From Chlorokybus atmophyticus (taxonomy: Eukaryota > Plantae > Mesostigma and Chlorokybus algae): DNA of 64,000 bases. The notes beneath the pieces are model-generated. The model did no database searches. It was not told where the DNA came from and worked only from the letters and a program-made list of their open reading frames with translations. The stretch is taken from the NCBI GenBank assembly GCA_009103225.1, contig RHPI01001819.1:170013-234012 (forward strand), written 5' to 3'. Both the position numbers and the translations under genes were made by a program. This document shows, piece after piece, positions 30,820 through 43,470 of this stretch; position 1 is the stretch's first letter; each line of letters starts with the position of its first letter.

Positions 30820-33800
30820 GATGGCACGCAGGGGCACCAGGTCGATGACAGGTCGAATGTCAGACATAGTGGACCTGGATTCGACTAAGAGGCGGAGGAC
30901 CAGGAGTCGGAGGCGGCGGCGGTGTGGCACATCTTTTAAGCATTGTGGTCGTAAGAGTTCAAGCAACAAAGCCAGCTACTACCGGGTGCCACATCATGGA
31001 TAATAGCAGGCGTCAGCAATGGGGTTGTCCATCATGCATCACCAACATTGGACAAACCAGCAGGCAAGCCATTAAGGACCATCTTCACATAAAGAGCTGC
31101 TTGGTGGCTCGCTTTCTGCAACAAGGAGTGGATCAGAAGCTGCAGTCCTTGGAGCCCCTTGTCGTAACCATGCGGGACAAATTGCGACTGTGGGAACAAG
31201 CACAAAGGAATGCAGAGGTACGCTCAACAGTCACATGCATTTCCTTGCAAGAGCAATTTGTTTGTTAGCGCAGTCCATGTAATACATGTAGCGTGGCTAC
31301 TGGTCTCCACTATTCACCCATACCCACCCTACAGTCAAGCCGACATTGCGGAAGCCAGAGCAGATAGACAGAGCTGGGCGGCGATATGTTGTTGCCAATC
31401 TCGCGGTGCATGTTGACTGCATGCACCACCAATGCATGCCTACCTTTGCATGCTAGGATGTGCGTGAGCGTGCGAAGTCGCGCGCGCGTGCCGAACGAGG
31501 CAGGATGGGTTTAAGCACAGGAGCGCGTGGCCACTCGTCCGGCATTCAACCAGTAGTTTATCAACCAGCAATGACGCAATCCATGCAATCATTCGTGCAT
31601 CAACTAGCAATGCCGCAGGTGACCGTTTGAAGCAACCAACTAATGACGGCGTGACGCAGTTGACTATTGCAATTGCAGTGTCGCAAGCATGCAGCTAACC
31701 CACATGTGACTGGTCGACAGCACCACAGTGCACTAGGTCCTGTTAGAGCTCCTATGCAAGCCTGGATTCAATCCCATCACCTGGTCCTTCAATCCCACTT
31801 GCTGATGGGCGCGGCGGCAATGCGGCATCAGTTTAACATGCATGTTGGCCTGTTGAATCCCGACATGTTCATTGGCGCAGTGGCGCATGATGTGCCCATG
31901 GCTCACGAGCTCCGTGACGAGTCTGCGATCGAAGGTGGCGGGGAGAGTGCACCCAATACCACCTTGTCAGCCCCCATGGTTTCCCCTGCTTGTGCCTTGG
32001 TAACAATGCGTCAGGAACTGCATAAGCTTATATTCGTCCTTTGCAACATTGTGAGCCATCTTATCCTAGGTCTCGTATACAGCCCCCCTTGCTGCATGCA
32101 CAAGTGGTCTCACCTGCAGCTCCTGCTCCCCTCGCAGCCAGAGCGCAACCACTTTCCGCGGCACCAGTCCTTCATGCACTGCCATCTCCTCCACGAGCAG
32201 CACCGGTGCATGCGGGGCAACAATCCTTCTTGCCGCAACGGGCGAGACCACAGCACAATGCAACAACCGATGTGGCTTCTGCACCTACCTTACCGCACCC
32301 GCTGCAAGTTGAAGCCGTCAGTCTGCCCCAAACTCAGGTACTTGATCAGTCACTGCGACTCTTGCCGTCCACAGTTGGACACACCATTTAAGTGCTGTAT
32401 GCGCATGCAGCAGGGGTCACCACCTGCCACCAAGTCATCAGAGGAGCTGGCCGCAACCCGCATACGGCCATCAGTCATGCTAGGTGGCCAGCTCGCCTCA
32501 TGGGACCACTTCAATGCGCCAACACATGGTAATTGCTTCTACCATTGTGTGTTTTGCGCCAGGCCATCCATAGCGCAAAGTGTCCTGGATGATCACAAGT
32601 GCCCCAGCTTGAGCAGGTTTTGGGTCGTGTTGTACACCATGGACGACGACGGCAGGGGGGGCACTCCCTGCAAAATCACCGCCAAGGCTGTCGATGCAGG
32701 CGTGGCGAGCAGAATCCTCGACTTCTGCAGAGCCACTGGTGCCGCGGGAGAGATAGCGCAGTATTACGACAAACTGCCTGCGACCATGTTGGCTGATGTC
32801 TATTGCAACATTGACATAGCCATAGCCAAGGTGCGACAGATCATGCGTAGAAAAGATGTGTACGTCGAGCACCTGCAGATGACCATGTTTGCCAACAAGC
32901 TGGGCTTGTTGATTGGCTGCGTGATCGTTCAGCGCGAGCATGGGGAGTGGGTGCCACGGCCCGGCAGCGCAGTTTTGGTTGGAAATAAAGAAGCCCCCAA
33001 CTCAGTCCTGGTGGTGGGCAACACTGCTCCCGACGAGCCAGAAGCACACTGTTGGCTCCTCAAGCCTGCAAGCACCGAACATGGTCGTGGCCTATGCATG
33101 AAGTGCCACGGGAGGTAACAGACCTGATCGGAGAGTGGCGGAATGGCGTTGCCAATTTCCCGCTACAATTGGCTGTGACCCAGGGTGCTGCGCCAACGCC
33201 TCAGGCCTCGCCTTCGTGTGCTAGGCAAGAAATAGCCGACTGTTCTGCACATCCTGCCTCCCCTCAACCACAGCCACATGCTCGCAATAACATCGCATCA
33301 CCCTCCCTTCCTGCTGCGGAGACTCACTTGCCACCGCACTTTGACCATCTGGAGGCAGCTCCATCAAGAAGCAGCGGTAGCTCGCCCTCTCCTTGTAAGC
33401 TTGCCACATTGATCCAAGCCTATCTTGTTGGTAAAGAGATTGATCGAGTTGTCTTGAAAGCTGCGCTGAAAGACAAACCAATTCATGCTTGACCTCATGA
33501 AGCAACATGAGATCGTGAAGGAACGGGAGGCAACCACCAAGCGCAAGGTGGAGCAAGAAGATAACGCCTTACCTCCTCTGAGTGGCAATGCCACGGAGAG
33601 CGCCTGCCAGCATGTGCAGGTTGACCAAAAAATAAAGAAGAAGGTTGTTGGAACAAGGGACACTGAAAGGACCAAAAAAGGAAAGGTGAGGCATCGTTAC
33701 AACGTTAGAAGAAGCACACAGCGCCTTAAAGCCTCACTGGGGCTGACTGTGTGTTTTGAGTAGGCGCAGGCGGGATTACAGCGTCAAGTGGCTGCTCAGC

Positions 33801-34429
33801 ATCGTCCAGAGAGACAGCCGGTGCGGCATGAGCTGCCTAAGCTCAAAGCACTGACGCGCAGACGCCTTGAGGGGCTGACTCGTAGTGCAAAGGAGTTGAT
33901 CGCCCTACAATACGCCCAAGACGCGCTGCATCACCGCATGCGGCATGCCTCGAGGTGGGTGACGAAAGTATGCAATAAGTGGGAGCAAACGCGGAGAGTG
34001 CGGTCTAAACAGACCTCTGGGGATTAGCCGTGGTTGGAACCCAAATACGATATGGCCATCCGTAGTATGTTGTTGCCCCTCGCCATCCTCGATATGATGG
34101 TTTTGTTGCTGCCGCAGCAACCCGGCAATGTGCAAGAGCTATGGCTGTACGTCATACGGCACGTCGAGCTGATTCTGTGGAAGCTCGAAGAAAATGGCGA
34201 TGCGGGGGAGTACACGAGTAACGGCAGCCGTGTCGAGGGCCTGAATGAACGCATGCTGGACGAGACCACCAAGACTAGCAGGTGGTGTATGACGGCATAT
34301 GGGCGTCAGGTGGTCGAGCAGGCAGTGGAGCGTTATGCTGCGCCGTTCAGATGGGAGTCGCTACGCCTGCAACGCGATTACAGAGTTCGGTGGCAGAGGC
34401 AGCTTGCACACCCGCGTGCACCATGCTGA
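30820..34429 (+). pseudogene. Large multi-exon gene with an OTU-like cysteine protease domain (~32500-33070), with lesions
   Basis: APTHGNCFYHCV (cf. OTU PGDGNCF) and EAHCWLLKP (His box). Basic NLS-like segments at the start and ~33700. In-frame stops in downstream exons. Confidence 0.6.
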
Positions 34430-34937
34430 TTTGTCGCATTGAAGAGCCACACCCCCCAGCGGATGGGGAGACGCCCTGTTGCAAGAAAGCGATATGCCAT
34501 GTCTGCATCATAGCACATCAGAAGACCGCGGCAAATAGATAAAAACATCTACAAACGTGTCCCTTCTGCAAGCAACCTCACCCGTTTTGGTCGCCACGCC
34601 TGTTGCAAGACGCCAACGTGTCGGCAATGATTTGGCCCCCGCCTTGATGACAATTATGCATGTATTGTAGTTTCGTGTTGGCTTCATGTAAACCATGTAG
34701 GTACATGTATAGTTGCAGCATGGTGCATGGTGCACCCGAGATCTGCTGTTGTCAGAAGCATTGGCTGTACATGTGTATGACGACTGCCCGGCACGTGAGT
34801 CAGTGCATGGCTTGCATACCTTGCAGGTTCAGAGCGTGATTGACAGTAACAAACTCAGATAGCGCTCTGGGTTCCATGGAATGACAGCACAGTATTACTC
34901 TACGATCGAGGTAGTATGCGAGTATCCTTGTACTGTA

Positions 34938-35028
34938 GTACCATTAATGGATGGAGTACCATTCATGTTGATGTACCATGAATGGTATGACAGTACCATG
35001 CATGGTACGGTAATACCGTCCATGGTAC
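34938..35028. promoter_or_regulatory. Cluster of six GTACCAT/ATGGTAC motifs including the palindrome GTACCATGCATGGTAC
   Basis: Counted directly; lies ~160 bp upstream of the ATG at 35190. Confidence 0.5.
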
Positions 35029-35189
35029 AGTCGTGCTTCTTGAAGTGTGACTCATTTAGGGTTCGTAAGCTAGCAACCCTAAATTAATGCCCAGACCTTA
35101 AAGTCTCGCTCAGTTTGTGGGCAGCCGTGCCGATTCATATTTTGCATAATATCGGCGGCAGCAGTTGAATCCCCCTCACCTAGGAGACC

Positions 35190-36872
35190 ATGCTTGGTGT
35201 GCCCACATTGCAATGCGTACGTATGTGCCAGTGGCCGTAGGCAGCAAATGCGAGCACACTTACCGAAACCGAATGCCAGCGAGTGCAAACAGTGTGCCAC
35301 GGTTTTTGTGCTGCTTGCTGGCATCACACCACACACAATGTCGACGTGTTTGGCTGCCGCCTCGGCAAAGTGCTGTGCAAGGAACTCGAGTTTTTCCATT
35401 ACGTGCAGTGCGTGTGCGAATCGTGCTCGCGCTCATGCTTCGAGTGGCGTGGGGAACCCATGCGCTTCTTCACATTGACAACACCGGGACACGTGGTTAG
35501 TGGACAGGTGGTGGATGCTGTGGAGGTAATTCAGCTTAGTGGACAGCGATGTATCACTGCGTATTATGTTGGGCGTATGCTTATTTCATGCATGTTGAAG
35601 CTATTGTCGCATTCAGAGCAGTCTTCCACGTTGTGGGCAGCTCCACCCCCTGGCCGCTATAGAGGAGGCAGACCATCGACCATTGGACAGCGCACTGCAT
35701 CGGCTGCGGAACGCGGTTAAGTTGGGATGCGAGCAGCTGATCGGTGTGAGTGTTATGGTGCATTGGCCGCTGGATGGGGAATGGTATGCGGGCGTTGTGA
35801 AATTATTCAAGCAAGCGTCAGGTCAGCATCGCTTCTTGGCGTGCGAGATTGAGGACATATCATATATGCATTGTGCAATGGAAATGGCATTGCAGGGCAG
35901 CACCGTATAGTATTCGATGACGGTGATCGACCACAACCCATCAGCTTGAAAGGGCACAACGTGTTCGCATACACATCAGTTGACGGGGCACGCTATGTTC
36001 TGTGCGCCGGAGGGGAGAATGTCAATCAAAAAGTAAGCCCGGACGGCATCATTCTTAGTCCCTGGCCAGCACCACGGCCAGCCTTGACCACATACACGCC
36101 ATCTGACAACAAGCTTCGACGCACACGCAAACCAAGGGCACCCGACCCATCCTGCGTCCGTGGCGATGCCAGTGTCGGTGTATATCACGCTGGCTTTGAC
36201 GTGACCGGGATGGACATAAGTCCCTCCTCTGAGTACCCGCTGCCCTTCATACACCGCGATGTATGCACCCTGAGTGCAGGAGAGCTAAGCGAGTACGAGC
36301 TCGTATGGGCCAGTCCACCATGCCAGGCCTATTCAGGTGCTATCCCGGCACCTCAACGGGCGGCACATGGCACATCCTGGAGACACCAGGATATGATACC
36401 GCTCGTCCGATATCTGCTGCTTGCAAGCCACGTCAAGTTTGCGATTGAGAATGTGCCAGGAGCAGCTTCCTCATTCAGACCCAATCGGTCCCTTTGTGGC
36501 ACGATGCTTGACCTATCAACCTTCCGACACCGTTTGTTTGAGACACAGTCATTGGTAGCTACCCCACCAGCACGCTGCTCCCACGCGGGCAAGGCGGTTG
36601 GACTGCTATCGCCGCACCTGTCCGCTAGCGCGAAAAAGACAATTGTGACATCAAACGCGCCACAGCAAATGTACCCGGTCTATGGCTTTCCAAGCACCAG
36701 GGGCGGCATTGCTGCATGGCAAACAGTGCTGGGAGTGCCATGGATGATCTCGGCCATTACCATAGCGAATGCAGTTCCTCCCGCAATGGCCGGGTGCATA
36801 TGGCGTCTCATGCTTGAAATAATGGATATGCGCTGTGACTACCCTCCTGTGTTATGGAACTATGAGGCTTGA
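35190..36872 (+). CDS. Cys-rich finger + Tudor + phage-type C5 cytosine methyltransferase-like fusion. Exons 35190-35525, 35617-35821, 35896-36872; one TAG at 35238; motif I degenerate
   Basis: Tudor: LIGVSVMVHWPLDGEWYAGVVKLFKQASGQHRIVFDDGD (spliced). MTase: AGFDVTGMDI, WASPPCQAYS, IENVPGA, LCGTM, RHRLFET, W...GVPWM, ANAVPPA. Intron phases match (0,1). Confidence 0.78.
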
Positions 36873-37049
36873 GTGTGGTGCACTGTATCGATGCTTAATG
36901 GCACACAGCTAACTGATTGTTGCATTCAACATTTAATTGTGGTGACAGTTGTGCAGTGAAAGCTGCCTGGTATTGTACACGTCCACATGCAAAAGTCTTA
37001 GCATACGATTAGTGCTAATTGCCTAACTGACTGATATGCTTCAAACTCA

Positions 37050-37560
37050 GAGTAGTGAGACAAGTACATGTGTCACGTGGCAGTGCAGTGAACGTTCACC
37101 TAATACTTGCCTCTTGTACACGGGCGTTGTTCTTATCAAACATGGGAAGCAGCTGGACAATGCCTTTTACTTGCTCCAGAGTCACGACATCGAGATGTGG
37201 ACCCCCTCGACGCTTTTTACATTCAAGAGCGATGCACTTTGTGTCGCTCGTCACATCCAGCTTCGTGTACCAGCGGACAAACACGACCTCCTTCCACACA
37301 CGCTCGCCGCTACCACCCCACACCACCACGCGCAGAAAAAGGAGTGCCTGAGCCCACCACGTCACGTTCACACCGTCCTCATCACCTTCCAACTCAAGTG
37401 TAGAGAACCAAGGCCGCTCATGGCACATCCCAGTTGCGCGCGCCATAAAGCGTCATTGAAAAATCTCACGTTTTCGAATTGAGAACGATTTGTCATGCCA
37501 TCTACCCTAGCATGCCAGTCCTTCTCGAGCATGCCTACACCCAGCCCCACGCCCGGGCTA
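37050..37560 (-). mobile_element. Plavaka-type transposase, C-terminal fragment
   Basis: RATGMCHERPWFSTLEL...WAQALLFL...VFVRWY...DVVTLEQVKGIVQLLPMF, resembling the Plavaka C-terminal region. Confidence 0.6.
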
Positions 37561-38355
37561 CCAGCATGAAGACCGCGCGAGCCCCAGCCTACTGCTAGCT
37601 ACTGTACCTCTCATGTAGCATGTAGCTAGGGCTACTTTATAGACCTGTCTGTAGGGACCGCGCGTAGCTGATCAGTTGTAAGTCTGTTGATAACACATGT
37701 GCTATACCGAGTCTTAAAGGATTTCCGAATGTAGCATGAGGCCTCGATGTGACCGTTGGCCTAGTGCCCGCGTGGCACTGCACAGTCATAGTTTGACATG
37801 TATAAGTAGGAAGTCACGTCACCAGACTGGCTGGTGACACTGTAAGTGAGTACTGTGAGTACTAGGAGTACTAAGAAGTAAAGACTCTGTTTCTGAAGAG
37901 CTTGTGAAGCGACTTGAACTGGAAGCACGCTGTCCCGGTTGCCAAGAATTCCCTTACTGCGTGCGACACGGTGCATGCTCTTGTGCGCTGTGCCTGTCAT
38001 TGCTGTGAGCTTGGCGGTGGTGTGTTGTCTCATCAGTCAGGGTGTTGTATCCACGGGTTGCACACTCATTCACCTCACTTAACAGTGTATCATTCTATCC
38101 ACTCATGCAAAGAACTGTGTCCACAGCACTACCTATCGTAGTGGCTTGTTGACTTACAGTGTCACCCTCTTTGCACAAGTGAGTGTGTTGCAATCTGCAT
38201 CAGATAGTGCAGTCTGCACCCAGGGATACATCGCTGGGCATTCGTTATCATTGTCATCACATAGTGCGCACAAGCACTAGTGTGTTGGGTGGTAATAGCA
38301 TCAGGATAGACGGTAGAGCACAAGCACTCTACCGTTTCACCTCTGGATCAGCTGT

Positions 38356-41300
38356 ATGAGCAGGCCCACCCCATTCTCCCCAATAGACGAGGGTGACCTC
38401 AGCAGTTGGAGCCCAACCACCAACCTCACCTACGAGCGGACCAGTGACGGGAGCATCGACCGCAGCAGCAGAGGCTCGCGCTCCATCTCCAGCTTCACCC
38501 CGCTCCACTCTACTCCTCGTCATCAAGCTTCTCCACTATCATCGGACAGCGACGACAACGAGATGGAGTCTTCCAGTTCAACCACATCCCTGCGCTTCTC
38601 CGGACGTGCCGGCACCACCTCGCTGGATGAGTTCATCATCAAGTTCCACTCCAAGATGCGGCAGCAAGCTCTGAAGAACAAAGACTGGTCAGATGAGATC
38701 TCTTTCCACATTGCTGCTCAGTATCTTGATCATAAAGCACACGATGTCTGGAAGTCCGTTGCTGAATTGCATCGAGTAGACGGCTATGGCGAGCTTGCCA
38801 GCACCATAGCATCTGCATCTCTGCACCGTCCAGCAGGTGTCGTTCCACCTGCCACTGCAGTTGCAGTAACAGGCTTGTCCATAGCTGCAGCTCTCAAGCA
38901 GGCAGAGGAGGAGGAACCAGAGTTGGTACTTGTCAACTTGACCCCTGCAGAAGTTGAGTCCAAGGAGGCCACACGTCGAGTCCGCATCCTTGACCGTTCT
39001 GCCATCATCATTGAGGAACAAAGAGCTGCACAGCAAGCGGCAGCCGCAGAGTGGGGTACTCCTCTACCTCCAGCAACACCTGGCTCTCGTGCAGGAGGNT
39101 GTGACGGTGCTCGTGCCTTGTCACCTGTGAGTTGGTCCAATCCACAACCCTCTCACCAAGACACAGTATTCACACCGGAACCTCGCCCCCTCTGCCAAAC
39201 ACGCACACGCGCCCCGCCACTCGCGTACGCACGCGCATGCGCTCGAAGCTACACACCGACTTGTGTAGCGCCTTGGATCGTCACACAAGCAAGCACACAC
39301 CAGTGGCCACACGCTAGCAACCCCTGCTAACCACCACCAAGCTTGCACACCAGAAACTAGGGAGCTCAAGGTTGTCTTGCAAGTTGTAGAATGTCACTTT
39401 TATACCTACCAGTCTGCACATGCTACTGTCTAGACGATTCTAGCGCTAGACGGAACTAGAAGCTAAGATACTCTTGCAGAATCTTGTAGTACACTTCTAG
39501 ACCTTTCCAACGCACTAAAGATCTCCTAATTTGCTGCTCATATGGCCAAGTTATACTACTTGGCGCCAGGCCCTTCCAGAAATCTGGTCGAGCCCTTCTC
39601 GACTGGCCCTCCGTTTTCTGGCACCTTCCGGACTGGTCTTGGGGCCCCGGTCGATATCCGCGGCAGACTCATAACTCGCCGATATCCGCCACAAGTCATT
39701 AACAACATGTACCTTACAAATAAGGCCTAAAACGGCCATGAAAATCACAGAATTTGGCCTTGACTGTTACACGGCAGCCGCAGAGTTGGGTACTCCTCTA
39801 CCTCTAGCAACACCTGGCTCTCGTGCAGGAGGCAGTGCTTTTACCCTCGGGTCAGTAGCACTGCGCGCACCAGCCATCACCGTAGGTGCTGACATCTCTG
39901 ATTCTCCACTCAAGGACCTGTACGCTGCCCTGCGCCGCACCTTCCCTCCTCAGACCACCAGCAAGGTTGAGGAGCTGAGACGCTTCCGATGCAAGCCCAA
40001 TGAGGATCCCCTCCGCTTGTACTCCAGATTGGAAGGTCTGCTGAAGGACACTGACTACAAGATTGTCAGTGAGGAGGCTGCTGCAGTGATATACGTCAAT
40101 GAGTTGGATGCTGCTCTGAGCGAGTCGACACGCCTGACTCTGAACTACAGCAGGCCCCTTGGCTACACCCTCAAAGAAGCCTTCGAGACTGCACAAGCCA
40201 TCCACAAGCGCTTGGTGTATGAGAAGGCAGTGCTGGACACCAACCGCAGCGCCGCACGGCCTGTAGTCAGCACGACAACTGAGCCTCCTCGCCGCGACCG
40301 TGGCCGGGACGCTCCACCAGCACGCGACAAAGGGAAACGGTCAGCTCATGCTGCACTTGCTGCCCCTGTGCTGTGTCATCGTTGTGGACGGCATGGGCAC
40401 TACCAAAAGGAGTGCACCGAAGAATACTCAACTTTAGTTTGCGACCATTGTCACAAGACTGGCCATTTGGAGTCAGTCTGCTGGCTCAAGTTCCCAGAGT
40501 TGAGGCCCGCCAACAGCTACAACCACAACTACTCCGGTGGCTACAACAGCAGCAACATTGGAGGCCACACTGGCAACAACTTCAGTGGCTACAACAACAA
40601 CAACACTGGAGGCCACACTGGCAACCACTTCAGTGGCTACAATAGCAACAACACTGGAGCCCACAACAGCAACAACGCTGGTGGCAGTAACAACAACAAC
40701 AACGCCAGTGTTCGCAAGGAAGAGCAAGGCTACAGCGGGAAGAATAGACCTCCTCAGCGTAAGGGACCAGAGACACGTCCGCGCGCTGCTGCTGTTGCCG
40801 CCAAGGCTTCAGTCAACCCACCAGCTGATGACCATATGGCAGCCCTCATGGCGCGTATGGCACACTTGGAGGAAGACAAGGAGCAGGACTACCGCGCCTG
40901 CTACGCTGCTCGATGGGCGCTGATGGCTGCAAAACGCGAGAGAGACAGGAACACTCCGTCCCACGTGCAACCATCACGACGAGCACGAGGGAAAGCTGCA
41001 ACAACATCAGCAGGTACCTCCTCCGAAGCCACCAGTGGTGCTGCCTCCGCAGCAACAGCCACACCGGCTACAACGTCGACTCCACCAACGTCAGCAGCAC
41101 CCACTCCAGTTGAACCACAACCTGGTACACCGATGAACACCGTGACGCCGACACTGGTGAGCACAATGGCCACAGCCACCATCTCTACCGAGTCTGCACC
41201 AGTGGGCGGTGCACTTCCCACTGCAGCAGTGCCTCTGTCCGTAGGCGTTGAGACAACTCTCGCGCCACTGACCGGTACCGTCGCAACTGCCGCAATTGCC

Positions 41301-41450
41301 ATCGTCGAGCCCGCTGTCTCTGCAGCGACGTGCGCAGCCACTCTGCCCGCTCTCGATGTCACTCAGGCTGTCCCAACTGGTCAGCAAGCTGAGCGGGCAT
41401 GGGAGACCATCCTGCGCGGAGCAGACCCTACTACCATCGCTTTCGGTCGG
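38356..41450 (+). pseudogene. gag of the gypsy element, split by a solo LTR
   Basis: FSGRAG..LDEFI gag-like start; CHRCGRHGHYQKEC and CDHCHKTGHLESVC; Asn/Gly-rich 48-nt tandem repeat at ~40540-40660. Confidence 0.85.
39100..39771 (-). mobile_element. 672-bp solo-LTR-like insertion in gag
   Basis: Termini TGTAAC...GTCACA on the minus strand, internal TATAAAAG; gag resumes right after it. Confidence 0.7.
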
Positions 41451-43139
41451 GGGGGGAGCGCACCACGCGTGTCGCCCGCGATGATCGCGTCTTCCCATTA
41501 CCAGAGGTTCACACCCTTCCAGCACTCACTCAACACCAGTTGGAAGATGAGATCCTTGCTGGCACTGCACCTCCGATGCGTGACAGGGTGTTTTTGATCA
41601 GCTACAGCCCACCTGTAGTATTGGAGTTGGCCCTGTTCTGGGCGTTGCACAACAACATGCAGACCGCCCCGCACCAGCCTACACGCATGCCAACCACCAC
41701 CTTTGAACCCAGCCCGCTGGACACGCATCGGGACCGCCGAGACACCGTCCAGCAGCGCATCTCCGACGCAGCCGACCTGCCTTTGGGCACTTATGAAGCA
41801 CTCGGACCTCCTACAACCGCTCGCCTTCATCAGCGCTACCATGCACTGGAACAAGCATATCATTGGTGACAAGATCAAGCTGCCGCCATTGCTGCACGTG
41901 AACAAGCTCTTGAAGCTACGCGTGCACCAGTACCTCAGTCACTAGCTGCTGGTCCATTCTCCAGCACCACTCCGCTCTTCGTCGAGACCAACTCTAACCA
42001 AGCGAGGGCGTTGGCTCAACAAACCAGGGGGGTGATCGCCCCGTTGCTGCCTGCGCTGGTGGAGGATCTACCTGTGGACCAAAGGGAGCCAGGGAGGGGC
42101 TACCTTACACCACAAGGGTGTACACAAAGAGATGGAGCAGGACTGGTTGGAGAGCAACAACTACGCACTGCTCTGTTGCGACAAGCAACCATGCTGCATC
42201 GGCAAGAAGGCATTGGGCTTCGGCAGATGCTTGGGATGCGAGACAATGGCAACGCGGCACGCGCGCGGTTAGTGACGTGGCTGGTCACCAACCATCCCGC
42301 AGTCCCGTTGTTCGCTTTCGGCGCCAGAATAGCGTGGGTGGACACATTCCTTCGCTCCATACGGCAAGCCTTTGATGAAGTGGCTTCCGCCGCCACTGAC
42401 ACTCTGGAGGGAGCTCTGGAGGCTATACTGAGTTTGCCAGGAGTGGAGGCAGGACGTCAGCGCAGGCGCATCGCCGCTGCTTATGAGCAGCATGTCCAAC
42501 AGCCAAAGATCCGCCTCACTGTACGCGCACGAGCAATAACAGTGCTGGAAGTGGGAGTGGTCAACGGCAGATGGGATGCTTACATGGCAGGGATCCTCAG
42601 GGTGCCCACCATCACTCACGACATGAGAGCGCGGCTCCTACGCGTAGTGTACCTGCAACCCATGCCTCAGAACCATCGCTATATAGACGTGAACAACAAT
42701 GCGACGGCTACATGGGAAGGTACACTACTCAGAGAGGCAGCCCATGCTGTGCGATGGACCTATGCAAAGGAGCAGGCTGCACGAGAGGCAGTCCCGCAAA
42801 CACCAGGTCCTCCAGGGTTCCCGCCACAGCCACTGGCCACTCCTCTTGGCATGACAACAGCTGCACAGAGGGTCAACCCTTCTGCACCTCCACTTGGACA
42901 GGTTGCAGCAGCACCTCCAGTGCCTAGGCCACCACGCGTGTACCAGCAACCGCGACACGGACGGTTTGGACAAAGCCGAGGACAAGGAGGCCCACAAGAT
43001 CCATCAGGCAGAGGAGCCCTTGCTGCCCTACGGTCAGGCCCCGCAGATGAGGGTGAATCAACAGTCTCTCCACGCAAGAGGTTCCGTCGCTTCAAGAGGC
43101 TGCGCATCAACGCCAATGCAGCCATGATTGCCAACCAAG

Positions 43140-43470
43140 GCAAGCACGTGACCGTCAATGGTCGGGCACCCAAACGCGTGATGCTGGACACTGGAGCACA
43201 GCCTGTCATCATTGGGCGCTCCCTCGCACGAGATCTCGGCATCACCAGCACTGAGCTGCTTCCCTGTCCCTACCAGCTGGACACCGCGACCGGCAACCGC
43301 GACAAGGTGCTCGGCCTTACCAAGCAGATTGTGAGCATCCGCCTCACAGGACAAAACCCTTCCCACAGCACCGAGATTGTACAAAGGTGTGTGGTCACCG
43401 ATGCCGGGTCCTTTGACCTACTGCTGGGACAGGACTTCAACTTCCCTGTCGGTATGGGGATGGACTGCTG
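43140..43470 (+). pseudogene. Aspartic protease domain of the gypsy polyprotein
   Basis: VMLDTGAQPVIIG ... FDLLLGQDF. Confidence 0.85.

Noticed and set aside
35190-35500. Naming the Cys-rich finger as zf-4CXXC_R1 (CDCA7-like)
   Set aside because: Only partial resemblance (FC..C, C.C..C); spacing is not convincing without an HMM search.
22700-37000. Endogenous giant virus
   Set aside because: No capsid, polB, packaging ATPase or other hallmark gene was recognised, and the genes have spliceosomal introns; only the GIY-YIG looks virus-like.
39738-39771. MKITEFG as the gag start codon
   Set aside because: It lies inside the inserted solo LTR; gag starts near 38356.
39038-39832. ~60-bp direct repeat flanking the solo LTR as a giant TSD
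   Set aside because: The copies differ at two sites and the left one ends at an N; this looks like a contig overlap from another allele or copy.
40540-40660. 48-bp repeats, and the GGWCC array at 54.3 kb, as CRISPR arrays
   Set aside because: No unique spacers and no cas genes; the first is a coding tandem repeat.
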